In this document: positions 1 through 10,029 of the stretch, in pieces
How positions within the stretch are numbered: position 1 is the first letter of the stretch
How the letters are laid out: every line of letters starts with the position of its first letter
From: Candidatus Delongbacteria bacterium
GTDB lineage: Bacteria > CAIWAD01
DNA: 64,000 nucleotides
Assembly (NCBI GenBank): GCA_963663545.1
Contig: OY760505.1
Coordinates: 1,984,001-2,048,000, forward strand
Direction of reading: 5' to 3'
Notes under the pieces: model-generated
The model's input: the letters and a program-made list of their open reading frames with translations, nothing else
Database searches by the model: none
What the model was told of the DNA's origin: nothing
Made by a program: the position numbers and the translations under genes

Positions 1-478
1 CACAAGCGTCGGTATCCCGGCGTTGCACTTGTTTACCGGAACGCACGAAGACTACAACAAGCCTACGGATACTGCGGATCGGATCAACCGCGATGGACTC
101 CGTCTGCTGGCGGACACGGTCGAGGAGTTGTGTTACAAGTTGCAGGCGTTCAACGGCGTTCTTGAGTCACCAGAATCAAGGGCTCCTGTTATGGAAGGGG
201 GCCGTGTCCGAGTGGCCATCGGTATTGTGCCTTCATTTACTGGAGACAGTCGGGAGGGCTTGTTGATCAAAGAGGTGATCGCTGGAAGTCCCGCAGAGAT
301 TGCCGGGATGCAGGCGGGCGACCTGATCGTCGCCGTTGATGGCGTCCTCATTGCCAACATCTATGACTATACGCATCTGATCCGCCGGCACAGCGCCGGT
401 GACCATCTGTTGCTTAATCTTAATCGCAAAGGTGAGCGCCTTAGGGTAGAGGTGCCGCTTGGAGAACGACAGCCATGA
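1..478 (+). CDS. M28 family peptidase with C-terminal PDZ domain (5' truncated by window edge)
   Basis: Frame is open from the window start (TSVGIPALHLFTGTHEDYNKPTD, M28 C-terminal motif). A PDZ domain follows (GIVPSF...VIAGSPAEIAGMQAGDLIVAVDG). Confidence 0.75.
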   Translation, partial: TSVGIPALHLFTGTHEDYNKPTDTADRINRDGLRLLADTVEELCYKLQAFNGVLESPESRAPVMEGGRVRVAIGIVPSFTGDSREGLLIKEVIAGSPAEIAGMQAGDLIVAVDGVLIANIYDYTHLIRRHSAGDHLLLNLNRKGERLRVEVPLGERQP

Positions 479-2010
479 GCAAACTGCAACTGGGTTTGAA
501 CCCGATAACGATTGAAGACGTAGCGCTGGTGGCGCGTGGCAATTGCTGTGTCACGCTGGCACCTGAGATTTGCGCACAGATCCAGGCCAGTCGAGCGTTT
601 GTGGATCAGGCGGTACAGACCGGAGAGGCCATCTACGGTATATCAACCGGATTCGGCGCACTGCAAAGTGTGAGCATTGCTGCGAAGGATCTGGAACAGC
701 TGCAGCACAATTTGCTGATCAGTCATGCCGTTTCGACAGGCGAGAACCTGCCCCCGGAGATAGTCCGTTCCATGTTAGTACTGCGCGCAGCGTCGTTGTC
801 TCACGGCCGTAGCGGAGTCCGCCTGGAATTGATCGAGCGCATTCTGAAACTGATCGAACTGGACATGTTGCCCGAGATTCCCCGGTTGGGAAGTGTGGGC
901 GCATCCGGTGACCTTTCTCCCTTGTCTCACATGGCACTTCCGCTTATTGGCGAAGGCATAGTGCTGTGGCGGGGGAAGCGATGGAAATCCGCTGACGCTT
1001 TGCGCGAGGCAGGCCTTGAACCGCTACGGCTAAAAGCGAAAGAGGGTTTGGCTCTGAATAACGGCACGCAGTTCATGTCGGCGTGTGCCAGCTATTTGTT
1101 GTATCACGCTGGCCTGTTGACCCGTGCAGCCGACATCGCATTGGCGATGTGTCTGGAAGTGTTTCAGGGAAAGAGCTCGCCTTTTGAAGCCTGCGTTCAC
1201 GAGGTGCGACCGCATCCCGGCCAGGCGCTGGCCGCAGCCAATCTCCGACGCCTGATTGAAGGGTCGACGTTGGTTGATGCGCAAGACCCCGATCATCGTC
1301 GCGTTCAGGATTCATACTCCATCCGATGTGCGCCACAGGTCCACGGGGCAAGCCGTGACACATTGGCTTTTGTTCGCTCTGTGTGCGAGAGAGAGATTAA
1401 CTCCGTAACTGACAATCCCCTTGTGTATCACGAAGATGGGCGCGTTATCTCGGCAGGTAATTTTCACGGTGAGCCAATCGCTCAAGCACTGGATTGTGCC
1501 AAGATCGCGTTGTCGGAGTTGGCCTCCATTAGCGAACGGCGCACAGCTAAAATGCTGGACCCGGCGCAGAGCTACGGCCTGCCTCCCTTTCTGGCAGCGG
1601 CCAGCGGCATCAACTCCGGTTTGATGATTGTGCAGTACACATCGGCGGCGATTGTCTCCAAGAACAAAACGCTGGCGCATCCCGATTCGGTGGACTCTAT
1701 TTCGACCAGTGCGAACCAGGAAGACCATGTCAGCATGGGGGCCAACAGCGCACTCCACGCGCTGGAGATTCTTGAAAACCTTAGAACGGTACTGGCAATT
1801 GAGATCCTGTGTGCCCGTTATGCCAGGGGCTTCCGCAATGGAACAAGCGGGCGTGGAACGGGCGTCGTCTTTGATTCCCTCGAAGACAAGCTTGGTCGCC
1901 CCAGCGAGGTAGATCACGATTTCAGGGTTGAGTATCACGAGATTCGCGAGATGTTGCGTGACGGTAGTCTGCTGTCTACCGTAGAAGGCGTTTTGGGCAA
2001 GCTGGATTAA
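475..2010 (+). CDS. hutH: Histidine ammonia-lyase
   Basis: MIO-forming GASGDL, YGISTGFG, LLISH specificity motif, QDSYSIRC, GNFHG, NQEDHVSMG. Confidence 0.93.
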   Translation: MSKLQLGLNPITIEDVALVARGNCCVTLAPEICAQIQASRAFVDQAVQTGEAIYGISTGFGALQSVSIAAKDLEQLQHNLLISHAVSTGENLPPEIVRSMLVLRAASLSHGRSGVRLELIERILKLIELDMLPEIPRLGSVGASGDLSPLSHMALPLIGEGIVLWRGKRWKSADALREAGLEPLRLKAKEGLALNNGTQFMSACASYLLYHAGLLTRAADIALAMCLEVFQGKSSPFEACVHEVRPHPGQALAAANLRRLIEGSTLVDAQDPDHRRVQDSYSIRCAPQVHGASRDTLAFVRSVCEREINSVTDNPLVYHEDGRVISAGNFHGEPIAQALDCAKIALSELASISERRTAKMLDPAQSYGLPPFLAAASGINSGLMIVQYTSAAIVSKNKTLAHPDSVDSISTSANQEDHVSMGANSALHALEILENLRTVLAIEILCARYARGFRNGTSGRGTGVVFDSLEDKLGRPSEVDHDFRVEYHEIREMLRDGSLLSTVEGVLGKLD

Positions 2011-2059
2011 CCTTCTGTATCACGATGCGGTGATGGACCGATAAGCAACGGAAACAGAT

Positions 2060-3808
2060 ATGGCAAACAAGCGAGCCAGCCTTTACAATCTGTACCTGCT
2101 TGACGATACTCACGATCCTCGTGTGATACAGCGTCTGGCAAGAGTTACAGGTCTGAACAAGGCCCGGGTTCGCTTTGGTCTTCGCAGCCTTCCCTTTCTC
2201 GTAGTACGCGAACGCGCCCTCGGCGATGCCGTTGCGTTGCGTCGCGAGTTGGAGAGTATGGGACTGAGCTTGCGACTCGAGTGGTTGTCTGCGGATCGTA
2301 TCACCGGTGATACAAGTCACCCCTTGGCAAGTGTAGATGTGCCGGATGATGGCGCGGAGGGAGAAGCGCAGGAAGACAGGCGAAGGGACGATGTGCACGA
2401 TGAGGGAGAAGAGGTGCATGTCCAGCGGCGACGCAGGCGTAGTGCTGGCCCCGGGGCGCAGCGCCGTGATGCCGCAGAGATCGTGCTGGAAGAAGGAAGC
2501 GGATTCCGCGAAGTTCAACAGCCTTGGCGCAGCGCGCGTAGTACAGAGACACCCAAAGAGAAACCCGCCTTTCGCATGTGGTGGTTGCTTATTGCAGCCG
2601 CTGTGCTTGCTGGTCTTGTTAGCGGGATGATTCTGACGCGGGGATGTACGTCTCGTGATCCAGAGTTGCAACGTCACCAGGAACGCATCAAACAGGAGCT
2701 GGCGCGCATAGAGCCCCAAATGCGCCATTTGCTCAAAGTGCAGTCGCCGCCGCCGGAAGTGCTGGATCCTTTGCTTCTGCAGCTGGCCGCTGTGCGCGAC
2801 GAAGCACAGCAGGATTGGAACCTGCTTCCTGAGGGCCTGCGCCAGCGCATCGAGAATCTCGAAAGCATTGGTGCTACACTGGAATTGAGGCGTCCAAACG
2901 CACAGCCTTCCGTGATACACGACCCGAACCCTGAGGACCTGGATGAGCCTCCGGTGGAAGGCCCCGGGCCGGTAGATGCCTTTCTGATTCAGCCCTTGGA
3001 CACGATGGCGCTCAAGAATCGATTAAACCGGGCGCTGTCCAGCGATCGAATTCCCGGGTCGCTTTCGCAGCAGCGAAGTCTGGAGCGGTTGGTGGAGCAG
3101 ACCGAAAACATGCGTCGTGATCGCAGCACAGCCTATAACCGTCGACTGGATGATCAGCTCGACGCGCAACGCGAGAGATACGATCAGCTTCAGGCGCGTC
3201 TGATGGCGGGTGCGCTGCGACATCGTGGGTTGCAGTGGCTGCCGGAGGGCAGTGGGCCGATTGCGGTGGCCGGCCTGCCGGACAATACGCAGCTGGATCT
3301 TGAAGATGACCAGGGCGACGTTCATCGCGCTGAGGTGCGCGGCGGATTGGTCCACCTCGTTGGACGTCCACACGAACTGAATCCGGTGGCGGCGCGACTG
3401 GCGGCCTTGCAGGAACAGCCCAAATCCGTACGCCGCCTGTTGGATATCGGACTGCGGCTGTACAATCCGGAAGTGTATTACGCGACGATTCCCGGCTCTA
3501 CACTTCCGCGACCGAATCCTGGGGCGATTTACGCCAGTGCAGCAGGGCGACTTCCTGCCGAGCTTTTGCGCGAGGCCGTGCGCGAACGGCGTATTCCGGA
3601 GACGCGTGTGGAGGGCGCACCGCTCGAACCTGAACTGCGCGTGGAGGATTCGGCAGGAACTCAAGAGCTATTGCAAGTGCTCGATCGCTGTGCCGAAAGC
3701 TACATCCGCTGTCGACGCTGGCCACGTAAGCTGTTGGTGCAGCACGGGGAGAAGGAGTATGCGTTCACAGGGCAGGATTTGTGGCTGTTGACTTCTCATT
3801 CCAAATGA
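2060..3808 (+). CDS. Hypothetical single-pass membrane protein with N-terminal ribosomal L7/L12 CTD-like domain
   Basis: 582-aa ORF. N-terminus LARVTGLNKARVRFGLRSLPFLV...AVALRRELESMG resembles the L7/L12 C-terminal domain. One TM helix (WWLLIAAAVLAGLVSGMIL). Confidence 0.6.
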   Translation: MANKRASLYNLYLLDDTHDPRVIQRLARVTGLNKARVRFGLRSLPFLVVRERALGDAVALRRELESMGLSLRLEWLSADRITGDTSHPLASVDVPDDGAEGEAQEDRRRDDVHDEGEEVHVQRRRRRSAGPGAQRRDAAEIVLEEGSGFREVQQPWRSARSTETPKEKPAFRMWWLLIAAAVLAGLVSGMILTRGCTSRDPELQRHQERIKQELARIEPQMRHLLKVQSPPPEVLDPLLLQLAAVRDEAQQDWNLLPEGLRQRIENLESIGATLELRRPNAQPSVIHDPNPEDLDEPPVEGPGPVDAFLIQPLDTMALKNRLNRALSSDRIPGSLSQQRSLERLVEQTENMRRDRSTAYNRRLDDQLDAQRERYDQLQARLMAGALRHRGLQWLPEGSGPIAVAGLPDNTQLDLEDDQGDVHRAEVRGGLVHLVGRPHELNPVAARLAALQEQPKSVRRLLDIGLRLYNPEVYYATIPGSTLPRPNPGAIYASAAGRLPAELLREAVRERRIPETRVEGAPLEPELRVEDSAGTQELLQVLDRCAESYIRCRRWPRKLLVQHGEKEYAFTGQDLWLLTSHSK

Positions 3809-3924
3809 ATGAGCTCCTCTTAACAATGATCTAGGATCTTTAACCGCAAGCCCATTCGCCTGGACAACAGGGCGGTCTTTTTGCGCGTCTTGACAGAAAA
3901 GGGAATACCGCACGTTCGATTTGG

Positions 3925-3941
3925 CTGGCACGACGCTTGCT
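3925..3941 (+). promoter_or_regulatory. Sigma-54 (-24/-12) promoter
   Basis: CTGGCACGACGCTTGCT matches TGGCAC-N5-TTGC exactly, about 140 bp upstream of the ATG at 4079. Confidence 0.75.
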
Positions 3942-4078
3942 TAAAATGCTCGACGCTCTCTCTGCTTGTGGATTCAACTTTCGGATGACAAGTTGGAAGG
4001 TCGCAAGGGTAAGGTACTCGCGAATCAATATGAAGACAACATTCAACGCCATACAAGAGAATCAGATTGAGGTGAACC

Positions 4079-6565
4079 ATGCGTAAGACACTCATTTTGG
4101 TCTCGATGACCGTTGGCCTGGCTACGGTGGCTTCTGCTGCCTTGGCCCCTGCCATTGGACATCCGCAGACTCCGGTTTCGTCGAAGGCAGCCATGATGGG
4201 CAAGATGATCAGTGAGCCGGTTGCCAATGCAGCCAGCAAGGTCAATGCTTCTGCCCGTACCGCTGACTACGATTACGAGACAGTTGAAATCGGCACCAGC
4301 CAGTACGATTATCAGCACAACGGCTCCCACGGTAAGATGGTTGCTGTTTCTTCAGACGGCGTTGTGCACGCTTCCTATATGGGCGGTACGGATACAGCTA
4401 ACAACCGCCGCGTTATGGCGGTCTGCGTTGACGGCACCACCATCACGGGTCCGGCCACCAACGTGCTGAACACCAAGACGGGTTACACGACCTGTGCCGT
4501 TACCAGTGCAACTCCGGTTAACGCGCTGGAAGGCAACACGACGGTTGTTGGTTTGCACAGTGCGCTGGGTTCCTGGTTCTGCTCCGACTTTGACGGTTGC
4601 ACCATGGCTTTCAGCTCGCTGATGCACTCTGGTTCAGATCAGCTCTGGCCGCACATCTCCTTGGACATCAATGACAAGATCCACATGGCTTGCGGCGATG
4701 CTTCCGAAGGAGACAATGAGGATGCCGTCTGGTTCACCAGCAGCACCTCGGGCTCTGCTTATGACAACAGCAGCTACGTGCAGCTTACCAACAACAGCAA
4801 CGTGCTGTCCATGACGACGGCTGCTGCGAAGACCGGTCAGGGTGCTGCCGTTCTGTTCATGCAGGACGCCACCAATCAGCAGGACATGTTCTCCGGTGGT
4901 GAGGGTGGCCAAGCCCCGCAATGGCACCACGACATCTTTGTGTACGAGGCTCACGACGCCAGTAACGACCTGCTGGGCGCCATTGCCGAGACAGACCCGG
5001 TGAACATCACCAAGTACATGACCCCTGGTAGCAGGACGCCCTTCGCTTACGGTGCTTTCGCCTATGCCGATGTGGATGCCATTTATGACCGCCAGGCTTC
5101 CCCTGAATTGCATATTGCGTTCTCGACGCCGATGTGCTTCCAGGACACCATCTACCTGCAGCAGGAAGGGTCCGCGGACACCCTGTTCTGGAATGACACC
5201 ATTCAGCTCGACTACTTCGGTGCTATCTGGCATTACAATTTCAACACTGAGAGCTGGAGCATGATCGCCGGAATGATGACACCCGAAGACGAGAGTGACG
5301 TTGCTCCCGATCCGGGCGTCTTCCGCATTGCCCGTGACCGCGTCCAGCTGGCCGTGGATGAGGACACCGGCTATCTGTATGCTATTTGGAACCAGTACAG
5401 CGACGATGATCGCCGTGCCGCAGGCAGCGATGGCCTGGAAATGGCCAATGGTGAAATCTTTGCCGCCTGTTCCAACGACAATGGTGAGACCTGGGGTGAG
5501 CCGGTCAATCTGACCAACACCCAGACTCCGGGCTGCGAAGCCGGTGACTGCAACAGCGAGACCTTCGGCTCCTTGGCCGAGGTCGTCACGGATGGCTACT
5601 TGCACATTACCTTCATGAACGACCTCCATGCCGGATCTTACATCCGTGCCGATGATCCGAATGACGGTTCGGAGCTGACCACGAACCCGATGTACTACAT
5701 GCGTGTCCCCGTCAGTGCCGTTCCGGCTCCCGAAGCCCCGCGTGCTGCACACATTGGTTTGTATCCTTACAAGCGCCAGTATGGCTTCTACAGCAGCGAG
5801 ACAACTTTCTCGTCCTCTCTTGTTCGCTTCTTCAACGAGAGCGACGACGAGATGCTGCTGGAGAGCGTAGTATGCTACCATGACCAGCTGGATGACATCG
5901 TTGCCGTTCCCGATGCTGCTGGCCATGACTTCAAGGCTATTATTGATCTGCGTGGCGATCCCCTGCGCACTGGTGTAGAGTGGGTCAGCAACGAGACCAG
6001 CACCGACTGGAATGGTGTTTGGGATGGCCGTATTCAGCCCTGGACCGTGAGCGCTGCCCGTCTGCTGGTTCGTCCGGTGGAAGACGCTGCCGGTCTGCCG
6101 CTGCGTGAGCAGGCCTTCGAGTTCATTTTCTACAACGTGAACACGGGTGAGCGCACTCATCGCTTCCACCGCTATACGTATCTGTATGCCGATGGTACCG
6201 ATCCGCTGGTGGAAGAGATCGACATGGACAACCTGGACAGCTATGCTGCAACCACGATCTACTCCTTCGACGTTGCCGTCGATGAGCAGCCCGCCGTTGT
6301 TCGTAGCCTGGATCTGGGTCAGAACTATCCGAACCCCTTCAACCCGACCACTGCAATCAACTTCACGCTGCCTTCAGCCGGAGAGACCAGCCTGAAGGTG
6401 TACAACCTGAGTGGTGAGCTGGTGAGCACGCTGGTTGATGGCCAGATGACTGCCGGTGCCCACAAGGTTCACTTTGACGGTTCCGCCATGGCTTCCGGTG
6501 TGTATTTCTACACACTCGAGAATGCAGGCATGACCGCGACCCGCAAGATGGTGCTGGTGAAGTAA
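4079..6565 (+). CDS. Secreted protein with Asp-box and Por/T9SS type A (FlgD Ig-like) C-terminal domain
   Basis: Signal peptide, SNDNGETW Asp-box, C-terminal LGQNYPNPFNPTT...ASGVYFYTL...RKMVLVK, RBS GAGGTG, strong codon bias. Confidence 0.85.
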   Translation: MRKTLILVSMTVGLATVASAALAPAIGHPQTPVSSKAAMMGKMISEPVANAASKVNASARTADYDYETVEIGTSQYDYQHNGSHGKMVAVSSDGVVHASYMGGTDTANNRRVMAVCVDGTTITGPATNVLNTKTGYTTCAVTSATPVNALEGNTTVVGLHSALGSWFCSDFDGCTMAFSSLMHSGSDQLWPHISLDINDKIHMACGDASEGDNEDAVWFTSSTSGSAYDNSSYVQLTNNSNVLSMTTAAAKTGQGAAVLFMQDATNQQDMFSGGEGGQAPQWHHDIFVYEAHDASNDLLGAIAETDPVNITKYMTPGSRTPFAYGAFAYADVDAIYDRQASPELHIAFSTPMCFQDTIYLQQEGSADTLFWNDTIQLDYFGAIWHYNFNTESWSMIAGMMTPEDESDVAPDPGVFRIARDRVQLAVDEDTGYLYAIWNQYSDDDRRAAGSDGLEMANGEIFAACSNDNGETWGEPVNLTNTQTPGCEAGDCNSETFGSLAEVVTDGYLHITFMNDLHAGSYIRADDPNDGSELTTNPMYYMRVPVSAVPAPEAPRAAHIGLYPYKRQYGFYSSETTFSSSLVRFFNESDDEMLLESVVCYHDQLDDIVAVPDAAGHDFKAIIDLRGDPLRTGVEWVSNETSTDWNGVWDGRIQPWTVSAARLLVRPVEDAAGLPLREQAFEFIFYNVNTGERTHRFHRYTYLYADGTDPLVEEIDMDNLDSYAATTIYSFDVAVDEQPAVVRSLDLGQNYPNPFNPTTAINFTLPSAGETSLKVYNLSGELVSTLVDGQMTAGAHKVHFDGSAMASGVYFYTLENAGMTATRKMVLVK

Positions 6566-6591
6566 GCGCCCTTACGGACAGTTGCCGTATC

Positions 6592-6621
6592 ACGGCCCCC
6601 GGTTCGCCGGGGGCCGTTTTT
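6592..6621 (+). terminator. Rho-independent terminator
   Basis: ACGGCCCCCGG-TTCG-CCGGGGGCCGT followed by a T-tract. Confidence 0.85.
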
Positions 6622-6650
6622 GCTGTGATACATTGTAACACGGAACACAA

Positions 6651-7067
6651 ATGGAACACGTGATACGAATCAAGGTGCGTGGCTATCACCTTGATATATT
6701 CGGGCACGTCAACAATGCCCGTTATCTGGAATTCATCGAAGAAGCCCGATGGGCATTGATGGACGAATTCGAGGCCTTTGCCGAGTTGGCTCGACAGGGC
6801 TACGCACTGGCGGTGGCCAATATCAACATCGATTATCGTTTGCCAGCAACCTTCGGGCAGACGCTGGAGGTTCGCACATATTTGTCTCACATCGGTACGC
6901 GCAGCGCACGCCTCTTGCAGCGTGTATCACGCGGGAAGCACGTGGTGGCCGATGCGGAAGTGACTTTTGTCGTGCTCAACAAGGAGCTGCGGGCGGCCCC
7001 GCTCGATGACAATGTGCGTGCAGCTCTTATGCAACTGGACGCTCCGCCGGGGGTTATCGCGGGTTGA
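6651..7067 (+). CDS. Acyl-CoA thioesterase (YbgC/FadM hotdog family)
   Basis: VRGYHLDIFGHVNNARYLEFIEEARW motif. Confidence 0.88.
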   Translation: MEHVIRIKVRGYHLDIFGHVNNARYLEFIEEARWALMDEFEAFAELARQGYALAVANINIDYRLPATFGQTLEVRTYLSHIGTRSARLLQRVSRGKHVVADAEVTFVVLNKELRAAPLDDNVRAALMQLDAPPGVIAG

Positions 7068-7081
7068 TTGGGCTGGAAAAC

Positions 7082-7108
7082 TGCAGCCCCCGCAAGCGGG
7101 GGGCTGCA
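7082..7108. terminator. Hairpin between convergent genes, likely bidirectional terminator
   Basis: TGCAGCCCCC...GGGGGCTGCA 10-bp stem. Confidence 0.6.
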
Positions 7109-7184
7109 ACAAGCTGTTTTAGCAACAAGTGCTTGCACAAAACTGCAGTAGATGTTGATCCACCTAAATTGCAGAAGGAAGGTG

Positions 7185-7595
7185 CTACTCGATATCACAG
7201 TTGGGCATGATAATCTGGGACGAACCCGCTTTCATGGCACCCCAAGTGATATCAGCCGCTCTGGATGTTCCTACAACGAGCCTGTAGCTGTGACCAGGGG
7301 CAACAGTGACATTCTCTGATGTTGAGAAGGTGTACGTGTTCCATGTACTAATTGTCAGTACGGTGTTGTATTGATCGTCTTGCAAGGACACATAGCCATG
7401 GCCATCACCATCGCCAGAGCAGCTGGTCATGTAAACGGTAATTGTACCGGATGTACAGAACTGTCCGATTTCATACCAGTCTGATACTACGTTCTCACCC
7501 CACTCTGCCTCAATGATGCCAGAATTGAAGGTGCACTGAGCCATTGATCCTATGCTAAGGATCAAAACAGCCGCTAACGAAAGAATCGCTTTCAT
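7185..7595 (-). CDS. Small secreted hypothetical protein (136 aa), lower GC than neighbours
   Basis: ATG at 7595 with GGAG RBS, signal peptide MKAILSLAAVLILSIGSMA, 4 Cys, TWGAMK motif near the C-terminus. Confidence 0.7.
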   Translation of the reverse strand: MKAILSLAAVLILSIGSMAQCTFNSGIIEAEWGENVVSDWYEIGQFCTSGTITVYMTSCSGDGDGHGYVSLQDDQYNTVLTISTWNTYTFSTSENVTVAPGHSYRLVVGTSRAADITWGAMKAGSSQIIMPNCDIE

Positions 7596-7842
7596 GAACT
7601 CTCCTTGGTGCTTGTCTGTTGGCAGGTCTTTGACGCATGTTGCAACTATGCGCAGCCATAGTAGCATACAGACAACGGGCACACAAGGAAAATGTTTTTG
7701 GCGCCTTTGAACGGTGCAAGAGTGTTCCCGAATTGTCGAACGTTGCTTCCTATGGTGTCCGAGACGAGATTGCATCAGTCAGATTTCCCACCTTGGAGCT
7801 GTGTTTGGGCGGTCATGGCCGCATGAGTGTTTGGAGGATTGG

Positions 7843-8874
7843 ATGTTTATCGACCAGGTGCAGATCTTCGTCAGTAGCGGAAAAGGCGGCGACGGCTGCA
7901 TCAGTTTTCACCGCGAGAAATACGTGGCCAAGGGCGGCCCCGATGGCGGCGATGGCGGGCGCGGTGGTGATATCGTGTTTGAAGTTGATCCCGGGCGGTC
8001 GAACTTGCTGGACTTCAAATGGTCGCGCAAGTTCGTGGCGAAAGCGGGGCAGTCGGGCGCAGGGCGTCTGCGCAAAGGTCGACGCGGCACGGATGTGGTG
8101 ATCAAGGTCCCGCCCGGAACGCAGATCAAAGACGCCGAGACCGGCGAGCTTCTGCTGGATATGGTGCAGATCGGGCAACGCGAGGCTCTGCTGCACGGTG
8201 GTCATGGCGGCAAAGGAAATGCCCGCTTCAAATCGCCCACGGTGCAGGCACCACGCACAGCGACTCCCGGCGGGCCTGCGCAGGAGCGAGAACTGCTGCT
8301 GGAGTTGAAGATCCTCGCAGATGTCGGCTTGGTCGGATTCCCCAACGCGGGCAAGTCAACCCTGCTTGCGACGGTATCGGCGGCGCGCCCGAAGGTGGCC
8401 GATTATCCCTTTACCACACTGGTCCCCAACATCGGTATTGTGCCCTACGCTGAGTATCGCAGCTTTGCCATGGCGGACATTCCTGGTTTGATCGAGGGCG
8501 CACACGAAGGCCGTGGACTGGGCCACCAGTTCCTGCGTCATGTGGAGCGCTGCCGCTTGCTGGTATACTTGGTTGACGTCAGCGCGGATGATCCCGTGGA
8601 GCAGCTAGCCACCTTGCGCACCGAGCTGGAGAAGTACTCGCCCGAGTTGGCGCGGCGGCCCTCGATCGTTGTGTTGAGCAAGAGCGATATCACCACGCCC
8701 TCGCGCCGCAAGCTGAAGATGGAGCATGATTTCCTCATTAGTGCTGCAACCCAGCGCGGGATCAAAACGCTGGTGCGCCACATCGGCACCATGATCGAAG
8801 AGATGGAGCGCGAAGAACCGCGCCAGACCTACTTCATTCCGCAGGAAAGCCAGAACGAGGAGGAAGAGGAGTAG
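7843..8874 (+). CDS. obgE: GTPase ObgE/CgtA
   Basis: MFIDQV...GGPDGGDGGRGG Obg fold, GFPNAGKST, DIPGLIEGA. GGAGG RBS before ATG 7843. Confidence 0.96.
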   Translation: MFIDQVQIFVSSGKGGDGCISFHREKYVAKGGPDGGDGGRGGDIVFEVDPGRSNLLDFKWSRKFVAKAGQSGAGRLRKGRRGTDVVIKVPPGTQIKDAETGELLLDMVQIGQREALLHGGHGGKGNARFKSPTVQAPRTATPGGPAQERELLLELKILADVGLVGFPNAGKSTLLATVSAARPKVADYPFTTLVPNIGIVPYAEYRSFAMADIPGLIEGAHEGRGLGHQFLRHVERCRLLVYLVDVSADDPVEQLATLRTELEKYSPELARRPSIVVLSKSDITTPSRRKLKMEHDFLISAATQRGIKTLVRHIGTMIEEMEREEPRQTYFIPQESQNEEEEE

Positions 8875-10019
8875 TGCGCGCAGCGTGTTACATCCTGCTA
8901 TTCTTGCTACTGGCGCTACTGCTGAGCTCCTGCTCGCACGATGTGAACACACCGGGGTGGCGGCCCTGGTTTCGCGTGCACGAAGCGGGCAAGGGGCTTG
9001 TCCTGGACAAGATCACCGTACGAGTGAGTGGCGATTGTGCGCCTCTTCCCGGCTCACGCGAGCTAGTGAATCACGAACTGGAACACCTGGTAGGCGAACT
9101 GCTTGTCCGTCGCGGCTTCGAGCGCGATTCCTCGGGAAGCGGCTATCAGGTTGAGCTGGTGTATCACAGTTCGGCGGCAGGTTCCTATACGAGCCTCGAT
9201 GCTGCAGGAAGTCAGTCCGCGCTGCGACTGGTCACGGACGCGGTAAAGGGTGTTGCAGACCTGTACGGCGGCGGCATCCTTACCGCTACAGCCGTGCGCG
9301 CGCTGCAAGTCGTTCCCGGAACCGGCAAGCACTCCAGTGTCCCTGCATCACAGAGCCTGCTGTTTGCGCATGTGGCGACACTTGAGTTTCGTGATACAAC
9401 AGGAGCCCTTGTGTGGCAAGGGTCGTGCAACTGGCTTTCCAGCAGTGCGGAGATCGCCGACTTGCTGCCGCGAAATCTGAAGCTACTGCTCAGCGGTTTG
9501 CCGTGTGATACAAGTCATTACACTCCCGTCCGCCGCGTGCGCGCAGATCGCTTGGCGACGTATTACAACTTGATCTGTGTGGGTCGCGCCTTCTATTGCC
9601 CGGCTCTGCCGCATATCGTGCGTTTTCCGCGCGAATCAGCCTTTGCCAAAGAGGAACTCAAATCACCTGTTGCACTGGAGGCGATCGTTGACTTGCTCGA
9701 ACACGCCGAGTTTGCCATTCCCGCTAACGACGAGGGTTGGGGGCGTCCGCTCACTCCCGAACTGTGGAATGATGTCCGCATGGGCGGTCGCTATCTACTT
9801 GGCAATGAGCGCGTGCTTGTGCTGGTCGATTTGAAGCTGGACAGCAACGGCTACCTTGTAACACGCGGTTTCATTGCCGACAAAGACCAAGCCGCCCGGT
9901 TTGAGGAACGCTTGGCCCGCTGGCAGAACAGCCTCGAGATCTGGTACGACAATTACGAAGATGGATTCGGCGTGAATCAAAAAGGGCCCCTGAGCGGGAC
10001 CCTTGTACCTGTTGGCTGA
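8874..10019 (+). CDS. Hypothetical lipoprotein
   Basis: GTG start overlapping the obgE stop, lipobox LLSSC. Confidence 0.65.
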   Translation: MRAACYILLFLLLALLLSSCSHDVNTPGWRPWFRVHEAGKGLVLDKITVRVSGDCAPLPGSRELVNHELEHLVGELLVRRGFERDSSGSGYQVELVYHSSAAGSYTSLDAAGSQSALRLVTDAVKGVADLYGGGILTATAVRALQVVPGTGKHSSVPASQSLLFAHVATLEFRDTTGALVWQGSCNWLSSSAEIADLLPRNLKLLLSGLPCDTSHYTPVRRVRADRLATYYNLICVGRAFYCPALPHIVRFPRESAFAKEELKSPVALEAIVDLLEHAEFAIPANDEGWGRPLTPELWNDVRMGGRYLLGNERVLVLVDLKLDSNGYLVTRGFIADKDQAARFEERLARWQNSLEIWYDNYEDGFGVNQKGPLSGTLVPVG

Positions 10020-10029
10020 TGGCGGGAAT

